64,000 nt of DNA. Origin: Escherichia coli (lineage in GTDB: Bacteria > Pseudomonadota > Gammaproteobacteria > Enterobacterales > Enterobacteriaceae). The notes under the pieces were generated by a model, which made no database searches, had not been told where the DNA came from, and saw only the letters and a list, made by a program, of their open reading frames with translations. Position 1 is the stretch's first letter. Every line of letters begins with the position of its first letter. Shown in pieces: positions 1 through 12,137 of the stretch. A program made the position numbers and the translations under genes. The stretch lies in the NCBI RefSeq assembly GCF_003790525.1, contig NZ_CP033635.1. One strand, given 5' to 3'.

Positions 1-2
1 GT

Positions 3-395
3 CTGAAATTGCCGCTGTTTGACGGTGGACGGTTGAATGCCAATCTCGAAGGCACGCGCGCCGCCAGCAACATGATGATTGAACGTTACAACCAGTCAGT
101 ACTGAACGCGGTGCGCGACGTTGCCGTCAACGGCACGCGTCTGCAAACGCTTAACGACGAGCGAGAGATGCAGGCTGAACGCGTGGAAGCAACGCGCTTC
201 ACCCAGCGCGCTGCCGAGGCCGCCTATCAACGCGGCTTAACCAGCCGCTTACAGGCCACCGAAGCCCGGTTGCCAGTGCTTGCCGAGGAGATGTCATTAC
301 TGATGCTGGACAGCCGCCGGGTGATCCAAAGCATTCAGTTGATGAAATCGCTGGGCGGCGGGTATCAGGCGGCTCCCGTCGTCGAGAAAAAATAA
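3..395 (+). CDS. mdtP: Outer-membrane efflux factor (TolC-like), C-terminal fragment; 5' end lies outside the window
   Basis: ORF 9..395 translation ends in a typical OMF C-terminus and sits directly upstream of fdhF as in E. coli; reading frame is open to the window edge. Confidence 0.75.
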   Translation: MKLPLFDGGRLNANLEGTRAASNMMIERYNQSVLNAVRDVAVNGTRLQTLNDEREMQAERVEATRFTQRAAEAAYQRGLTSRLQATEARLPVLAEEMSLLMLDSRRVIQSIQLMKSLGGGYQAAPVVEKK

Positions 396-525
396 AATGT
401 CTACCGCGTGATGGCTGTCACGCGGTATTTCGTTTCGTCACGTCAAAACTGACGACAGCCTGTTTTTCGTCAGAGTTTTGAATAAATAGTGCCCGTAATA
501 TCAGGGAATGACCCCAAATAAAATG

Positions 526-541
526 TGGCATAAAAGATGCA
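526..541 (+). promoter_or_regulatory. sigma54 (-24/-12) promoter of fdhF
   Basis: TGGCATaaaagATGCA matches the GG-N10-GC sigma54 consensus about 50 bp upstream of the fdhF ATG; direct repeats containing CGTC/GACG at about 421..473 resemble the FhlA upstream activating site. Confidence 0.6.
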
Positions 542-592
542 TACTGTAGTCGAGAGCGCGTATGCGTGATTTGATTAACTGGAGCGAGACCG

Positions 593-2740
593 ATGAAAAA
601 AGTCGTCACGGTTTGCCCCTATTGCGCATCAGGTTGCAAAATCAACCTGGTCGTCGATAACGGCAAAATCGTCCGGGCGGAGGCAGCGCAGGGGAAAACC
701 AACCAGGGTACCCTGTGTCTGAAGGGTTATTATGGCTGGGACTTCATTAACGATACCCAGATCCTGACCCCGCGCCTGAAAACCCCCATGATCCGTCGCC
801 AGCGTGGCGGCAAACTCGAACCTGTTTCCTGGGATGAGGCACTGAATTACGTTGCCGAGCGCCTGAGCGCCATCAAAGAGAAGTACGGTCCGGATGCCAT
901 CCAGACGACCGGCTCCTCGCGTGGTACGGGTAACGAAACCAACTATGTAATGCAAAAATTTGCGCGCGCCGTTATTGGTACCAATAACGTTGACTGCTGC
1001 GCTCGTGTCTGACACGGCCCATCGGTTGCAGGTCTGCACCAATCGGTCGGTAATGGCGCAATGAGCAATGCTATTAACGAAATTGATAATACCGATTTAG
1101 TGTTCGTTTTCGGGTATAACCCGGCGGATTCCCACCCAATCGTGGCGAACCACGTAATTAACGCTAAACGTAACGGGGCGAAAATTATCGTCTGCGATCC
1201 GCGCAAAATTGAAACTGCGCGCATTGCTGACATGCACATTGCATTGAAAAACGGCTCGAACATCGCGCTGTTGAATGCGATGGGCCATGTCATTATTGAA
1301 GAAAATCTGTACGACAAAGCGTTCGTCGCTTCCCGTACAGAAGGCTTTGAAGAGTATCGTAAAATCGTTGAAGGCTACACGCCGGAGTCGGTTGAAGATA
1401 TCACCGGCGTCAGCGCCAGTGAGATTCGTCAGGCGGCACGGATGTATGCCCAGGCGAAAAGCGCCGCCATCCTGTGGGGCATGGGTGTAACCCAGTTCTA
1501 CCAGGGCGTGGAAACCGTGCGTTCTCTGACCAGCCTCGCGATGCTGACCGGTAACCTCGGTAAGCCACATGCGGGTGTAAACCCGGTTCGTGGTCAGAAC
1601 AACGTACAGGGTGCCTGCGATATGGGCGCGCTGCCGGATACGTATCCGGGATACCAGTACGTGAAAGATCCGGCTAACCGCGAGAAATTCGCCAAAGCCT
1701 GGGGCGTGGAAAGCCTGCCTGCTCATACCGGTTATCGCATCAGCGAGCTGCCGCACCGCGCAGCGCATGGTGAAGTGCGTGCCGCGTACATTATGGGCGA
1801 AGATCCGCTACAAACTGACGCGGAGCTGTCGGCAGTACGTAAAGCCTTTGAAGATCTGGAACTGGTCATCGTTCAGGACATCTTTATGACCAAAACCGCG
1901 TCGGCGGCGGATGTCATTTTACCGTCAACGTCATGGGGCGAGCATGAAGGCGTGTTTACTGCGGCTGACCGTGGCTTCCAGCGTTTCTTTAAAGCAGTTG
2001 AACCGAAATGGGATTTGAAAACGGACTGGCAAATCATCAGTGAAATCGCCACCCGTATGGGTTATCCGATGCACTACAACAACACCCAGGAGATCTGGGA
2101 TGAGTTGCGTCATCTGTGCCCGGATTTCTACGGTGCGACTTACGAGAAAATGGGCGAACTGGGCTTCATTCAGTGGCCTTGTCGCGATACTTCAGATGCC
2201 GATCAGGGGACTTCTTATCTGTTTAAAGAGAAGTTTGATACTCCGAACGGTCTGGCGCAGTTCTTCACCTGCGACTGGGTAGCGCCAATCGACAAACTCA
2301 CCGACGAGTATCCGATGGTACTGTCAACGGTGCGTGAAGTCGGTCACTACTCTTGCCGTTCGATGACCGGTAACTGTGCGGCACTGGCGGCGCTGGCTGA
2401 TGAACCTGGCTACGCACAAATCAATACCGAAGACGCCAAACGTCTGGGGATTGAAGATGAGGCATTGGTTTGGGTGCACTCGCGTAAAGGCAAAATTATC
2501 ACCCGTGCGCAGGTCAGCGATCGTCCGAACAAAGGGGCGATTTACATGACCTACCAGTGGTGGATTGGTGCCTGTAACGAGCTGGTTACCGAAAACTTAA
2601 GCCCGATTACGAAAACGCCGGAATACAAATACTGCGCCGTGCGCGTCGAGCCGATCGCCGATCAGCGCGCCGCCGAGCAGTATGTGATTGACGAGTACAA
2701 CAAGTTGAAAACTCGCCTGCGCGAAGCGGCACTGGCGTAA
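593..2740 (+). CDS. fdhF: Formate dehydrogenase H (selenoprotein, Mo-bisMGD); in-frame UGA at 1010..1012 read as selenocysteine
   Basis: ORFs 593..1012 and 1061..2740 are in the same frame and separated only by TGA; N-terminal CxxC..C Fe-S motif and molybdopterin oxidoreductase-like sequence; combined length 715 aa. Confidence 0.93.
1013..1057 (+). promoter_or_regulatory. Bacterial SECIS stem-loop directing Sec insertion at the fdhF UGA
   Basis: Immediately 3' of the UGA: CACGGCCCATCGGTTGCAGGTCTGCACCAATCGGTCGG can fold into a hairpin with a GGUC apical loop, as in the known fdhF SECIS. Confidence 0.8.
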
Positions 2741-2752
2741 TACAGTCCTTTC

Positions 2753-2783
2753 TACAGCCTCCTTTCGGAGGCTGTTTTTTTAT
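2753..2783 (+). terminator. Rho-independent terminator after fdhF
   Basis: ACAGCCTCCtttcGGAGGCTGT stem followed by a T7 run. Confidence 0.8.
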
Positions 2784-2833
2784 CCATTCGAACTCTTTAT
2801 ACTGGTTACTCCCTACCCAATCGTATTATCAAA

Positions 2834-3523
2834 ATGAAAAAAATTATCGCATTGATGTTGTTTTTGACATTCTTTGCCCACGCGAACGACTCCGAGCCTG
2901 GCAGCCAGTATTTAAAGGCAGCAGAGGCTGGGGACCGACGCGCACAATATTTTCTTGCCGACAGCTGGTTTAGCTCCGGCGATTTGAGCAAAGCCGAATA
3001 TTGGGCACAGAAAGCCGCCGACAGCGGTGATGCTGATGCCTGCGCGCTGTTAGCGCAGATCAAAATCACCAATCCGGTCAGTCTGGACTATCCACAAGCA
3101 AAAGTTCTTGCAGAGAAAGCGGCGCAAGCGGGCAGTAAAGAAGGTGAAGTAACGCTGGCGCATATTCTGGTAAATACGCAAGCGGGTAAACCGGATTATC
3201 CAAAGGCGATTTCGCTGTTAGAAAACGCCTCGGAAGATCTGGAGAACGACTCTGCCGTCGATGCCCAAATGCTGCTTGGTTTGATTTACGCCAACGGCGT
3301 GGGCATTAAGGCCGACGATGACAAGGCAACCTGGTATTTCAAACGCAGCTCTGCGATTTCCCGAACCGGTTATTCCGAGTACTGGGCGGGAATGATGTTC
3401 TTAAACGGTGAAGAAGGTTTTATCGAGAAGAACAAACAGAAGGCGCTGCACTGGTTGAATCTGAGCTGTATGGAAGGGTTTGATACCGGGTGTGAAGAGT
3501 TTGAAAAATTAACTAACGGTTAA
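2834..3523 (+). CDS. yjcO: Sel1/TPR-like repeat periplasmic protein
   Basis: 229 aa ORF with signal peptide and repeated Sel1-like A-x-A-Q/YxLA motifs; position between fdhF and gltP. Confidence 0.85.
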   Translation: MKKIIALMLFLTFFAHANDSEPGSQYLKAAEAGDRRAQYFLADSWFSSGDLSKAEYWAQKAADSGDADACALLAQIKITNPVSLDYPQAKVLAEKAAQAGSKEGEVTLAHILVNTQAGKPDYPKAISLLENASEDLENDSAVDAQMLLGLIYANGVGIKADDDKATWYFKRSSAISRTGYSEYWAGMMFLNGEEGFIEKNKQKALHWLNLSCMEGFDTGCEEFEKLTNG

Positions 3524-3675
3524 TGTAGGCCTGATAAGACGCGTTAATCGTCGCATCAGGCGTTGATGTCGGATGCGGCGTAAACGCCTTATCCGACCTA
3601 CAAAATCACGCTAAATCAGGCTATTGCGCTGTCTGACGTAGGCCTGATAAGACGCGGCAAGCGTCGCATCAGGCA
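3524..3675. repeat. REP/BIME cluster (palindromic units)
   Basis: Repeated GTAGGCCTGATAAGACGCG...CGCATCAGGC and GCCGGATGCGGCGTAAACGCCTTATCCG units in inverted orientation. Confidence 0.85.
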
Positions 3676-3714
3676 TCCACACATTGCCGGGTGGATATCC
3701 CCGGCAATCTTCAA

Positions 3715-5028
3715 TTATTGATCCGCAGTTTTATCAAATTTGCCCAGCACTTCGCGCTCATAAGCCAGCGCTTTCTTACGGTCAAATTTGTGTTCCCACT
3801 TGGCAATCACCAGCACCGCCAGCGCATTACCCACCACGTTCAGCGCAGTACGCGCCATATCGAGGATACGGTCAACACCGGCAATAAATGCCAGACCTTC
3901 CAGCGGAATACCTACGCTACCCAGCGTTGCCAGCAGCACCACAAACGACACGCCCGGCACGCCAGCAATCCCTTTCGAGGTCACCATCAGCGTCAGCACC
4001 AGAATGATTTCCTGCCAGATGGACAGGTCAATGCCATACAACTGCGCGATGAAAATAGCGGCAATACTTTGATACAGCGTCGAACCATCAAGGTTAAAAG
4101 AGTAACCGGTCGGCACCACGAAACTGGTGATCGACGCCGGTGCACCGTAGGCTTCCATCTTCTCAATAATTCGCGGCAGCACGCTTTCAGAACTGGCAGT
4201 GGAGTACGCCAGAATCAGCTCATCTTTCAGAATACGAATCAGGATCCAGACGCTTAACCCGCACAGGCGCGCCACAATTCCCAGCACTACCAGCGCGAAG
4301 AACAGAATGGCGAAATGCACCAGCAGCACCAGTTTCGCCAGTGGCCACAGAGAAGAGAAACCAAAGTTAGCCACCGTCACCGCAATCAGCGCAAACACAC
4401 CCACCGGTGCATAACGCATCACCATGTGAGTCACTTTAAACATGGTTTCAGAGATGGAGCGGAACACGGTCACCAGCGGTTCACGATGCGTCGCGGGCAG
4501 GGATGAAAGCCCCAGACCAAACAGCACCGAGAAGAAGATGATCGGCAGCATTTCGCCTTTCGCCATCGACGCCACAATGTTCGTCGGCACCAGCGACAAA
4601 ATCGTGCCCATAATGCCGTGGGAACTGCTTTGTACCGCTTCCGTAGTGCTCTGATATTTCGAGATATCGACGGTCGCCAGCTGCGACATATCCACCCCGG
4701 CACCGGGCTGGAAGACGTTCGCCAGAGTAATCCCCAAAATGATGGCGACGGTGGTGATCACCTCGAAGTAAATAATGGTTTTCGCGCCAATACGCCCGAG
4801 CTGTTTGGCATCACCAACACCCGCGATACCCACCACCAGCGTGGAGATCACAATCGGCACAACAATCATTTTGATCAGATGGATGAAGATATCACCCGCC
4901 GGAGAGAGCAAATTGACGACCAGCCAGTCGCGACTGTCGCTATGGTAGTGCAGGTAGCTTCCCAGGAGAATGCCCAGCACCATAGCAAACAGAATCTGCC
5001 AGGCCAGGCTGAATTTTATATTTTTCAT
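3715..5028 (-). CDS. gltP: Glutamate/aspartate:proton symporter (DAACS family)
   Basis: 437 aa polytopic membrane protein matching GltP; hairpin terminator at about 3685..3705. Confidence 0.92.
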   Translation of the reverse strand: MKNIKFSLAWQILFAMVLGILLGSYLHYHSDSRDWLVVNLLSPAGDIFIHLIKMIVVPIVISTLVVGIAGVGDAKQLGRIGAKTIIYFEVITTVAIILGITLANVFQPGAGVDMSQLATVDISKYQSTTEAVQSSSHGIMGTILSLVPTNIVASMAKGEMLPIIFFSVLFGLGLSSLPATHREPLVTVFRSISETMFKVTHMVMRYAPVGVFALIAVTVANFGFSSLWPLAKLVLLVHFAILFFALVVLGIVARLCGLSVWILIRILKDELILAYSTASSESVLPRIIEKMEAYGAPASITSFVVPTGYSFNLDGSTLYQSIAAIFIAQLYGIDLSIWQEIILVLTLMVTSKGIAGVPGVSFVVLLATLGSVGIPLEGLAFIAGVDRILDMARTALNVVGNALAVLVIAKWEHKFDRKKALAYEREVLGKFDKTADQ

Positions 5029-5369
5029 CAGAATAACTTCCTCAATGGAGCGCCGTTCCCCGTTCAGAAACGCGAGAACGTGACATACTGCCAGGGCATG
5101 AATTGTGTTGCGTTGGTTTGTAGATTTTTTTAACGCTTATGATCAGTATCATTTGCGCGGTATGTTGCGCAACCCTTTAACAACAGAGCTTTTCGCTGCA
5201 TTAATGCATAATAACGCGAGTTTATGGCAGGATTAATGAATAACCATTTGTTATAGAAAGATTTTTATTTGTTTAATTTGCAATAATACTGATTAGTGAT
5301 TATTTTGGGCATATGTTCATTCGATTATTTTTTATGCAGCTCAATAACATAATCTTCATCACCAGATGA

Positions 5370-5966
5370 TTAATCTGATCTCCGCTGCAACAGTTTCGCC
5401 AAATTAATCGACTCGACCAGCTGTGTCCGGTTGATCCGGGGTGAGTTGAGATCCATCACTTTTTGCCATAGTTCGATGGCTTGCGCGTAATTCGCCTGCA
5501 TAAACGCATCGGAAGCCAGCAGCATCAGAGCGGTGATTTCGTTAGAGTCCAGCGCGAGGGCTTTGTCGATCATTGCGCGAGTCTGGGCGGTCATATGCTG
5601 GCTGGCCTGGTAATAAAGCACCGTCGCCAGCGCCGCATACAGTTCAGCGTTCTCACCACGTAGTTGCAACGCCTGACGGTACGCCAGCAGCGAATTGCTG
5701 TAATCGTTTTGCCACAGATAATACTCGCCCAGTAACGCCCATTGTTCGCTGTTTTGTGGATTAGCGCGGATTTTATCCTGCAATGCCTGAAGCTGCGCTT
5801 CCGGGGTTTGCTGGCTGGCAAACTGATGTAGCGGATCGCGCTGACGTTGATACTCCGCACGTACCGCCTGCCATTTTGGGCTTAACAGATAACTGCCGAT
5901 ACAGAGAAATACCATCAAAATCGTGAGTGTTGTCAGCATTTTCACCGGTATTTGAGGCTGTTTCAT
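5370..5966 (-). CDS. nrfG: TPR-repeat heme lyase accessory protein for NrfA
   Basis: ORF 5370..6032 contains [13 protein letters not shown] start giving 198 aa; overlaps nrfF stop (ATGA coupling). Confidence 0.85.
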   Translation of the reverse strand: MKQPQIPVKMLTTLTILMVFLCIGSYLLSPKWQAVRAEYQRQRDPLHQFASQQTPEAQLQALQDKIRANPQNSEQWALLGEYYLWQNDYSNSLLAYRQALQLRGENAELYAALATVLYYQASQHMTAQTRAMIDKALALDSNEITALMLLASDAFMQANYAQAIELWQKVMDLNSPRINRTQLVESINLAKLLQRRSD

Positions 5967-6346
5967 CGCTTCGCCCTCACTCGCCAGAGGATCAGTGCCA
6001 TCAGCAGTAACAACACCACTGGCAGAGCCCACAATACCAGCGTCTGACCCGTTAACGGTGGGTTATAGCGAACAAAATCTCCGTAGCGTTCGGTCATCCA
6101 GCCAATGATTTCGACTTCACTTTTCCCCTCTTCCACCATGCTGTAAACCTGATGGCGCATACTGACCGCCACCGGCGCATTGGATTCCAGTAAGTTCTGA
6201 TTCTGACACTGCGGACAACGTAACTGGCTGGCAATATTTAACGCCTGTTGCTGTTGTTGCGGATTGGCGAATTGCCAGGTGTCTACGACCTGAGCACGCG
6301 CAAAACAGGTAAATAACAGCAGTAGCGTGAGAAGTCCTTTATTCAT
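5963..6346 (-). CDS. nrfF: CcmH-like thiol-disulfide cytochrome c biogenesis protein
   Basis: 127 aa, signal peptide, CPQCQNQ motif. Confidence 0.88.
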   Translation of the reverse strand: MNKGLLTLLLLFTCFARAQVVDTWQFANPQQQQQALNIASQLRCPQCQNQNLLESNAPVAVSMRHQVYSMVEEGKSEVEIIGWMTERYGDFVRYNPPLTGQTLVLWALPVVLLLLMALILWRVRAKR

Positions 6347-6391
6347 CGCGCTTCCTCCCCCGCCATCCGCTTAACAATGCGCCCGCAATCA

Positions 6392-8020
6392 TCAACAATC
6401 CTCCCCCCAGATCCAGCGCACACCGCTTTGTACATACAAACGAAAAGCGTAACGATCCGGCCCAGTTTTCTCCCCCATGACCGCATACCAGTCATGGATG
6501 CCGTTCCAGCGAATTGACGGTTCCATCATTTGCTGACGGCGTGCTTCATAAAAACGCCGCTCCGGCGTCAGTTCACCAATACGTTGCTGATGGTCAAACA
6601 GTGCCACTATCGCTTTTTCGCTGGTGTAATTGCCTCTGGCTTGCAGATCGAGACGCTCAAAACGGAAGGCGTATCCTGCCAGCGTCACCTGCTGACCCGG
6701 CTGTAAATTCAGGCTGATCTCCTGACGGCTGACGCTGGAGACCACGATCCCTGCGGCAAATAACAGCACGCCCGCATGCGCCAGCAGCGCCGGAAGCTGC
6801 ACGCGTTTGCCAGAGACAAACGTCGCCAGCACAATCACCACCAGCATCAACAGACCAAACGGTAACGTCGCACGGTTAAAATACGGCGCGCCAACGGAGA
6901 GGCGTCCCCAGCCCAGCAGGCCGTAAATCATCGGATAAAGCGTTCCCACCAGCACGATCAGTAGCACTGCGCAAAACAGCAACAGCGTAGCGAGGATTAA
7001 CATTTCCCGCGATAACCCCGAAAAACGCACCGCCGGGCCACCGTCCCGCGCTCGCCAGCCATACAGAGTCAGAGACGCAAGGCTAATCAGTGCAAACAGG
7101 CTGAACAACGGCACGGCGCGAACGTTATCCAGCGCGAACGCATGAACCGAAACCAGAATGCCAGAACGGACAATTAAGGTGCCCAGCAGCGACAGCATCA
7201 GAGTAACTATCGCCAGTAACAGCGACCAGTGGCGGAAAATCCCCCGCTGGCGTGTCAGGGACAAACTGTGCAGCAGCGCAGTGGCAGAAAGCCAGGGTAA
7301 TAAAGAGGCGTTTTCCACCGGATCCCAGAACCACCAGCCGCCCCAGCCCAGTTCGCAATAGGCCCACCAGGAACCGAGGATGATCCCCGCCGTTAATGCC
7401 CCCCAGCCTGGTAGTGCCCAGCGCCAGCAAATTCGGGCGCAGGTACCATCAAACTCGCCGCGCAGTAAACTCGCCAGCGCCACGCTCGCCGCCACCATCA
7501 AACCGCCGTAGCCGAGATAAAGCAGCGGTGGATGAAAGATAAGACCGGGATGTTGCAGCATCGGATTGAGATCGCGGCCTTCGATTGCTGGCGGAAATAT
7601 CCGCACGAAGGGATCGGACCACAGCACTACAAACAGTAGCAGTGCGGCGAGCATGAGAGATAAAACGGCTAGCGTCAGCGGAAATAGCGGATCGGTTTGC
7701 TGCCGATAATGCCAGGCAAACAGCGCGCTCCAGGCGGAAAGCAGCAGCACCCAAAGCAGCAGCGAACCTTCATGACCGCCCCACACCGCCGCCAGTTTGA
7801 GTTCCCACGACAGCAGGCTGTAGCTATGTTGGGCGACATAAATGACCGAGAAATCGCTGATGAGAAAACAATACGTCAGTACGCCAAAGGCGAGCAGCAG
7901 GAGCGCGAACTGCGCCAGAATGCCGATGCAAGTGAGTCGCATCATGGCAGGCCAGCGCAACCGCACTCCCGCAAAGGCCGTCAACGGGGTCAACACGTTG
8001 ACCCCGAGACTTAACAACAA
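6392..8020 (-). CDS. nrfE: CcmF-like heme lyase (cytochrome c nitrite reductase maturation)
   Basis: Large polytopic protein with WGGWWFWDPVEN heme-handling motif; longest ORF starts with TTG at 8020, in-frame ATG at 7945 is an alternative start. Confidence 0.85.
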   Translation of the reverse strand: MLLSLGVNVLTPLTAFAGVRLRWPAMMRLTCIGILAQFALLLLAFGVLTYCFLISDFSVIYVAQHSYSLLSWELKLAAVWGGHEGSLLLWVLLLSAWSALFAWHYRQQTDPLFPLTLAVLSLMLAALLLFVVLWSDPFVRIFPPAIEGRDLNPMLQHPGLIFHPPLLYLGYGGLMVAASVALASLLRGEFDGTCARICWRWALPGWGALTAGIILGSWWAYCELGWGGWWFWDPVENASLLPWLSATALLHSLSLTRQRGIFRHWSLLLAIVTLMLSLLGTLIVRSGILVSVHAFALDNVRAVPLFSLFALISLASLTLYGWRARDGGPAVRFSGLSREMLILATLLLFCAVLLIVLVGTLYPMIYGLLGWGRLSVGAPYFNRATLPFGLLMLVVIVLATFVSGKRVQLPALLAHAGVLLFAAGIVVSSVSRQEISLNLQPGQQVTLAGYAFRFERLDLQARGNYTSEKAIVALFDHQQRIGELTPERRFYEARRQQMMEPSIRWNGIHDWYAVMGEKTGPDRYAFRLYVQSGVRWIWGEDC

Positions 8021-8075
8021 CGCCAGAAAACCGACTTCAGGAAGGAATACGTCCAGAAACCACCTCTGTTCTGGC

Positions 8076-9032
8076 TTACGCCACCGTTAACTGCCCGGCG
8101 TAGAGAATGAAAAAGCGCAGCATCAACACGCCGACCAGGCTGGCCCCACACGCCGCCAGCACGGCAGGAATGCCGGAACTACGATTCACCCACGGTTTGA
8201 GCAACATTGGCACAATCAACCCCAGCCCGGCGACACCAAGCCAGAACCACCACGTCCAGAAACCGCCGCCCAATGCCGCCACCAGCGCACGCACTTTACC
8301 GTCATCGCCCAGCGCCAGACCGACAAAAAACGCCACCAGCAGGAAGATTTCGCCCCATACCACAGGGATCTCCATACGGTGTACAAAGTGCGCTTCCGTG
8401 GAATGCGGGTTACTGCGTTGGCGTATCGCCATGGCGATCAGCGCCACCGCCGCACCGGACGAGATGCCGGAGAAGAGGAACAGCACCGGCAGGATCGGGT
8501 TATTGAGGAACGGATACGATTTCAGCGCCGATAGCAGAAAGCCGGTATAAGCCCCCAGCAGCACCGCCAGCACCAGCATCAATGTTTCCAGTCCGCGATG
8601 AACGGGCGTCAGCAGGCTCAGAACCTTTTGCACGATCCCCAGCTTCGGCAACCAGCGTTGTTGCAGGGCAAGCAAATCATGTTCAAAGATTTTCGCCAGC
8701 CACAGCACCAGCACCACCATGTAAAGCTGAAACAGCATCACCCCCATCGACATCACCGAGGTAAAACTGTAGTGGAACATCAGCTTCCAGAAGGTCCACG
8801 GTCTTGTCAGGTGGAAGACGAGGATCAACAGACCGAGGATCACCGCGCCAGGTCCGACAATCAGCGTGGTGCGCAGCAACGTACTGTCTGCACCGCCCGC
8901 CTGCGGGTAGAAGCGACGTAACAGCACGGCCAGCGTCACCAGACCGGCAGAAATACCAATCAAAAACAGGTAGATGGCAATCGGCCAGTCCCACACCAGT
9001 GATTCAAAATGAAATGCGGAAGTCTGCGTCAT
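8076..9032 (-). CDS. nrfD: NrfD membrane quinol-oxidising subunit
   Basis: 318 aa polytopic membrane protein; overlaps nrfC by 4 bp. Confidence 0.9.
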   Translation of the reverse strand: MTQTSAFHFESLVWDWPIAIYLFLIGISAGLVTLAVLLRRFYPQAGGADSTLLRTTLIVGPGAVILGLLILVFHLTRPWTFWKLMFHYSFTSVMSMGVMLFQLYMVVLVLWLAKIFEHDLLALQQRWLPKLGIVQKVLSLLTPVHRGLETLMLVLAVLLGAYTGFLLSALKSYPFLNNPILPVLFLFSGISSGAAVALIAMAIRQRSNPHSTEAHFVHRMEIPVVWGEIFLLVAFFVGLALGDDGKVRALVAALGGGFWTWWFWLGVAGLGLIVPMLLKPWVNRSSGIPAVLAACGASLVGVLMLRFFILYAGQLTVA

Positions 9033-9700
9033 TGGCTCACCTCCCCGTATTTAAACGGTACGCGGTACAGCTTCGGTTTGGTTCCCAGCGCCAGCTTGTA
9101 GCGGTAAGTAGGCTTCTGGTGCAGCAGTTGCGAAATCTCACTGTTAGGATCGTCCAGATTGCCAAACGTCAGCGCCTTCGTCGGGCAAGCCTCAACGCAC
9201 GCGGGCAGCTTACCGGCCTGCAAATTGGTCTTACGGCAGAAATCGCATTTGTCCGCTGTCTTCGTGACCGGATGGATAAAGCGCACGCGGTACGGACAGG
9301 CGGCGATGCAGTACTGACAACCGACGCAGAGATCCGGATTTACATCGACAATCCCGCTGGCGGCATCGCGAAAAGACGCACCGGTCGGGCAGACGTCAAC
9401 GCACGGCGCACGATCGCAGTGCTGGCAAGACTTACGGAAGAAGCGATATTTCACATCAGGAAATTCGCCCTGCGGCTCGCTACGAATAATCGTCAGGCGC
9501 GAGACGCCTTCCGGCACCTTGTTCACTTTCCGACAAGCATCCATACAGGCGGTACAGCCGATGCATAACGACTCGTCATGCACCATGCCGTAACGCACAC
9601 CATTGATATTCAACGTTTTCGCCACCACGCGCCCTGCGGTGCCGCTGACGGCGGCCAGCACACCGACGCCGGTGAGAAACTGGCGACGTGACCAGGTCAT
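9029..9700 (-). CDS. nrfC: 4Fe-4S ferredoxin-type subunit NrfC
   Basis: 223 aa with Tat-like N-terminus and four CxxCxxCxxxCP clusters. Confidence 0.9.
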   Translation of the reverse strand: MTWSRRQFLTGVGVLAAVSGTAGRVVAKTLNINGVRYGMVHDESLCIGCTACMDACRKVNKVPEGVSRLTIIRSEPQGEFPDVKYRFFRKSCQHCDRAPCVDVCPTGASFRDAASGIVDVNPDLCVGCQYCIAACPYRVRFIHPVTKTADKCDFCRKTNLQAGKLPACVEACPTKALTFGNLDDPNSEISQLLHQKPTYRYKLALGTKPKLYRVPFKYGEVSQ

Positions 9701-10263
9701 GGCTGCTCCTTAAGCAACGGAACAGACGCTGGGTTAAAGTTCGGATTGGTGCGCTGATCGCTGTGGCAATCGACGCAAATCTTAATCCGTCCTTTGTCAC
9801 TTAACGTCTGCATCGTATCTTGCTGTGGATGCAGGGAATGGCAACTGGCGCACGCCACTTTGGTTACGTGGACATCGTGCGGCCAGAACGCTTTTTGCAA
9901 CTGTTCCGGCAGATGGCAGGACATACAGACGCTGTTCTGCTCTCCAACCTTGTACATCGGCTCGTTAAAGCGCATCACATCTTTCACCCCTTCGCGGTGT
10001 TGCGGTGATGGCTGGCCGTGACAGTTGGTGCAGGTGACCGGCAGTTTGTTATTCGGGTTGATAACGGAAGCATGTTTGCCATGCATACCTTCGGTATCTG
10101 GTTTATGACAGTCCAGACAGGCGGCATCCGGGTTACGCTGCTGGGTAACTTCATAGCGATCACCAGATGCCTGCGCCGCAGGGGTAGCGGTAATTCCGTT
10201 CAGGCTCCACAACAGGCCCGACGCCAGCACCCCGGCAGTTAATAACGAACGTAATACGCTCAT
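9697..10263 (-). CDS. nrfB: Pentaheme cytochrome c NrfB
   Basis: 188 aa from MSVLRSLL; multiple CxxCH heme motifs. Confidence 0.9.
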   Translation of the reverse strand: MSVLRSLLTAGVLASGLLWSLNGITATPAAQASGDRYEVTQQRNPDAACLDCHKPDTEGMHGKHASVINPNNKLPVTCTNCHGQPSPQHREGVKDVMRFNEPMYKVGEQNSVCMSCHLPEQLQKAFWPHDVHVTKVACASCHSLHPQQDTMQTLSDKGRIKICVDCHSDQRTNPNFNPASVPLLKEQP

Positions 10264-10308
10264 ATTCACTCCATTGTGTTTTCCGCCCCTTGCGAGGCGG
10301 AACGGGGG

Positions 10309-12137
<1,829 letters not shown>

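Noticed and set aside
629-1768. Minus-strand ORFs (629..1042, 943..1317, 1097..1768) overlapping fdhF
   Set aside because: All antisense to fdhF; no support.
593-2740. Two separate ORFs (593..1012 and 1061..2740) suggesting a fdhF pseudogene or split gene
   Set aside because: Same reading frame, separated only by TGA, with a SECIS hairpin directly downstream: a single selenoprotein gene.
3524-3675. Possible CRISPR array suggested by repeated palindromic units, also at the other REP clusters
   Set aside because: Units are imperfect inverted REP palindromes without regularly spaced unique spacers and with no cas genes nearby; these are REP/BIME elements.
3691-4257. 188-aa His/Arg/Gln-rich ORF, with similar ones at 4315..4506 and 8598..8921
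   Set aside because: Antisense to gltP and nrfD respectively; artefactual.
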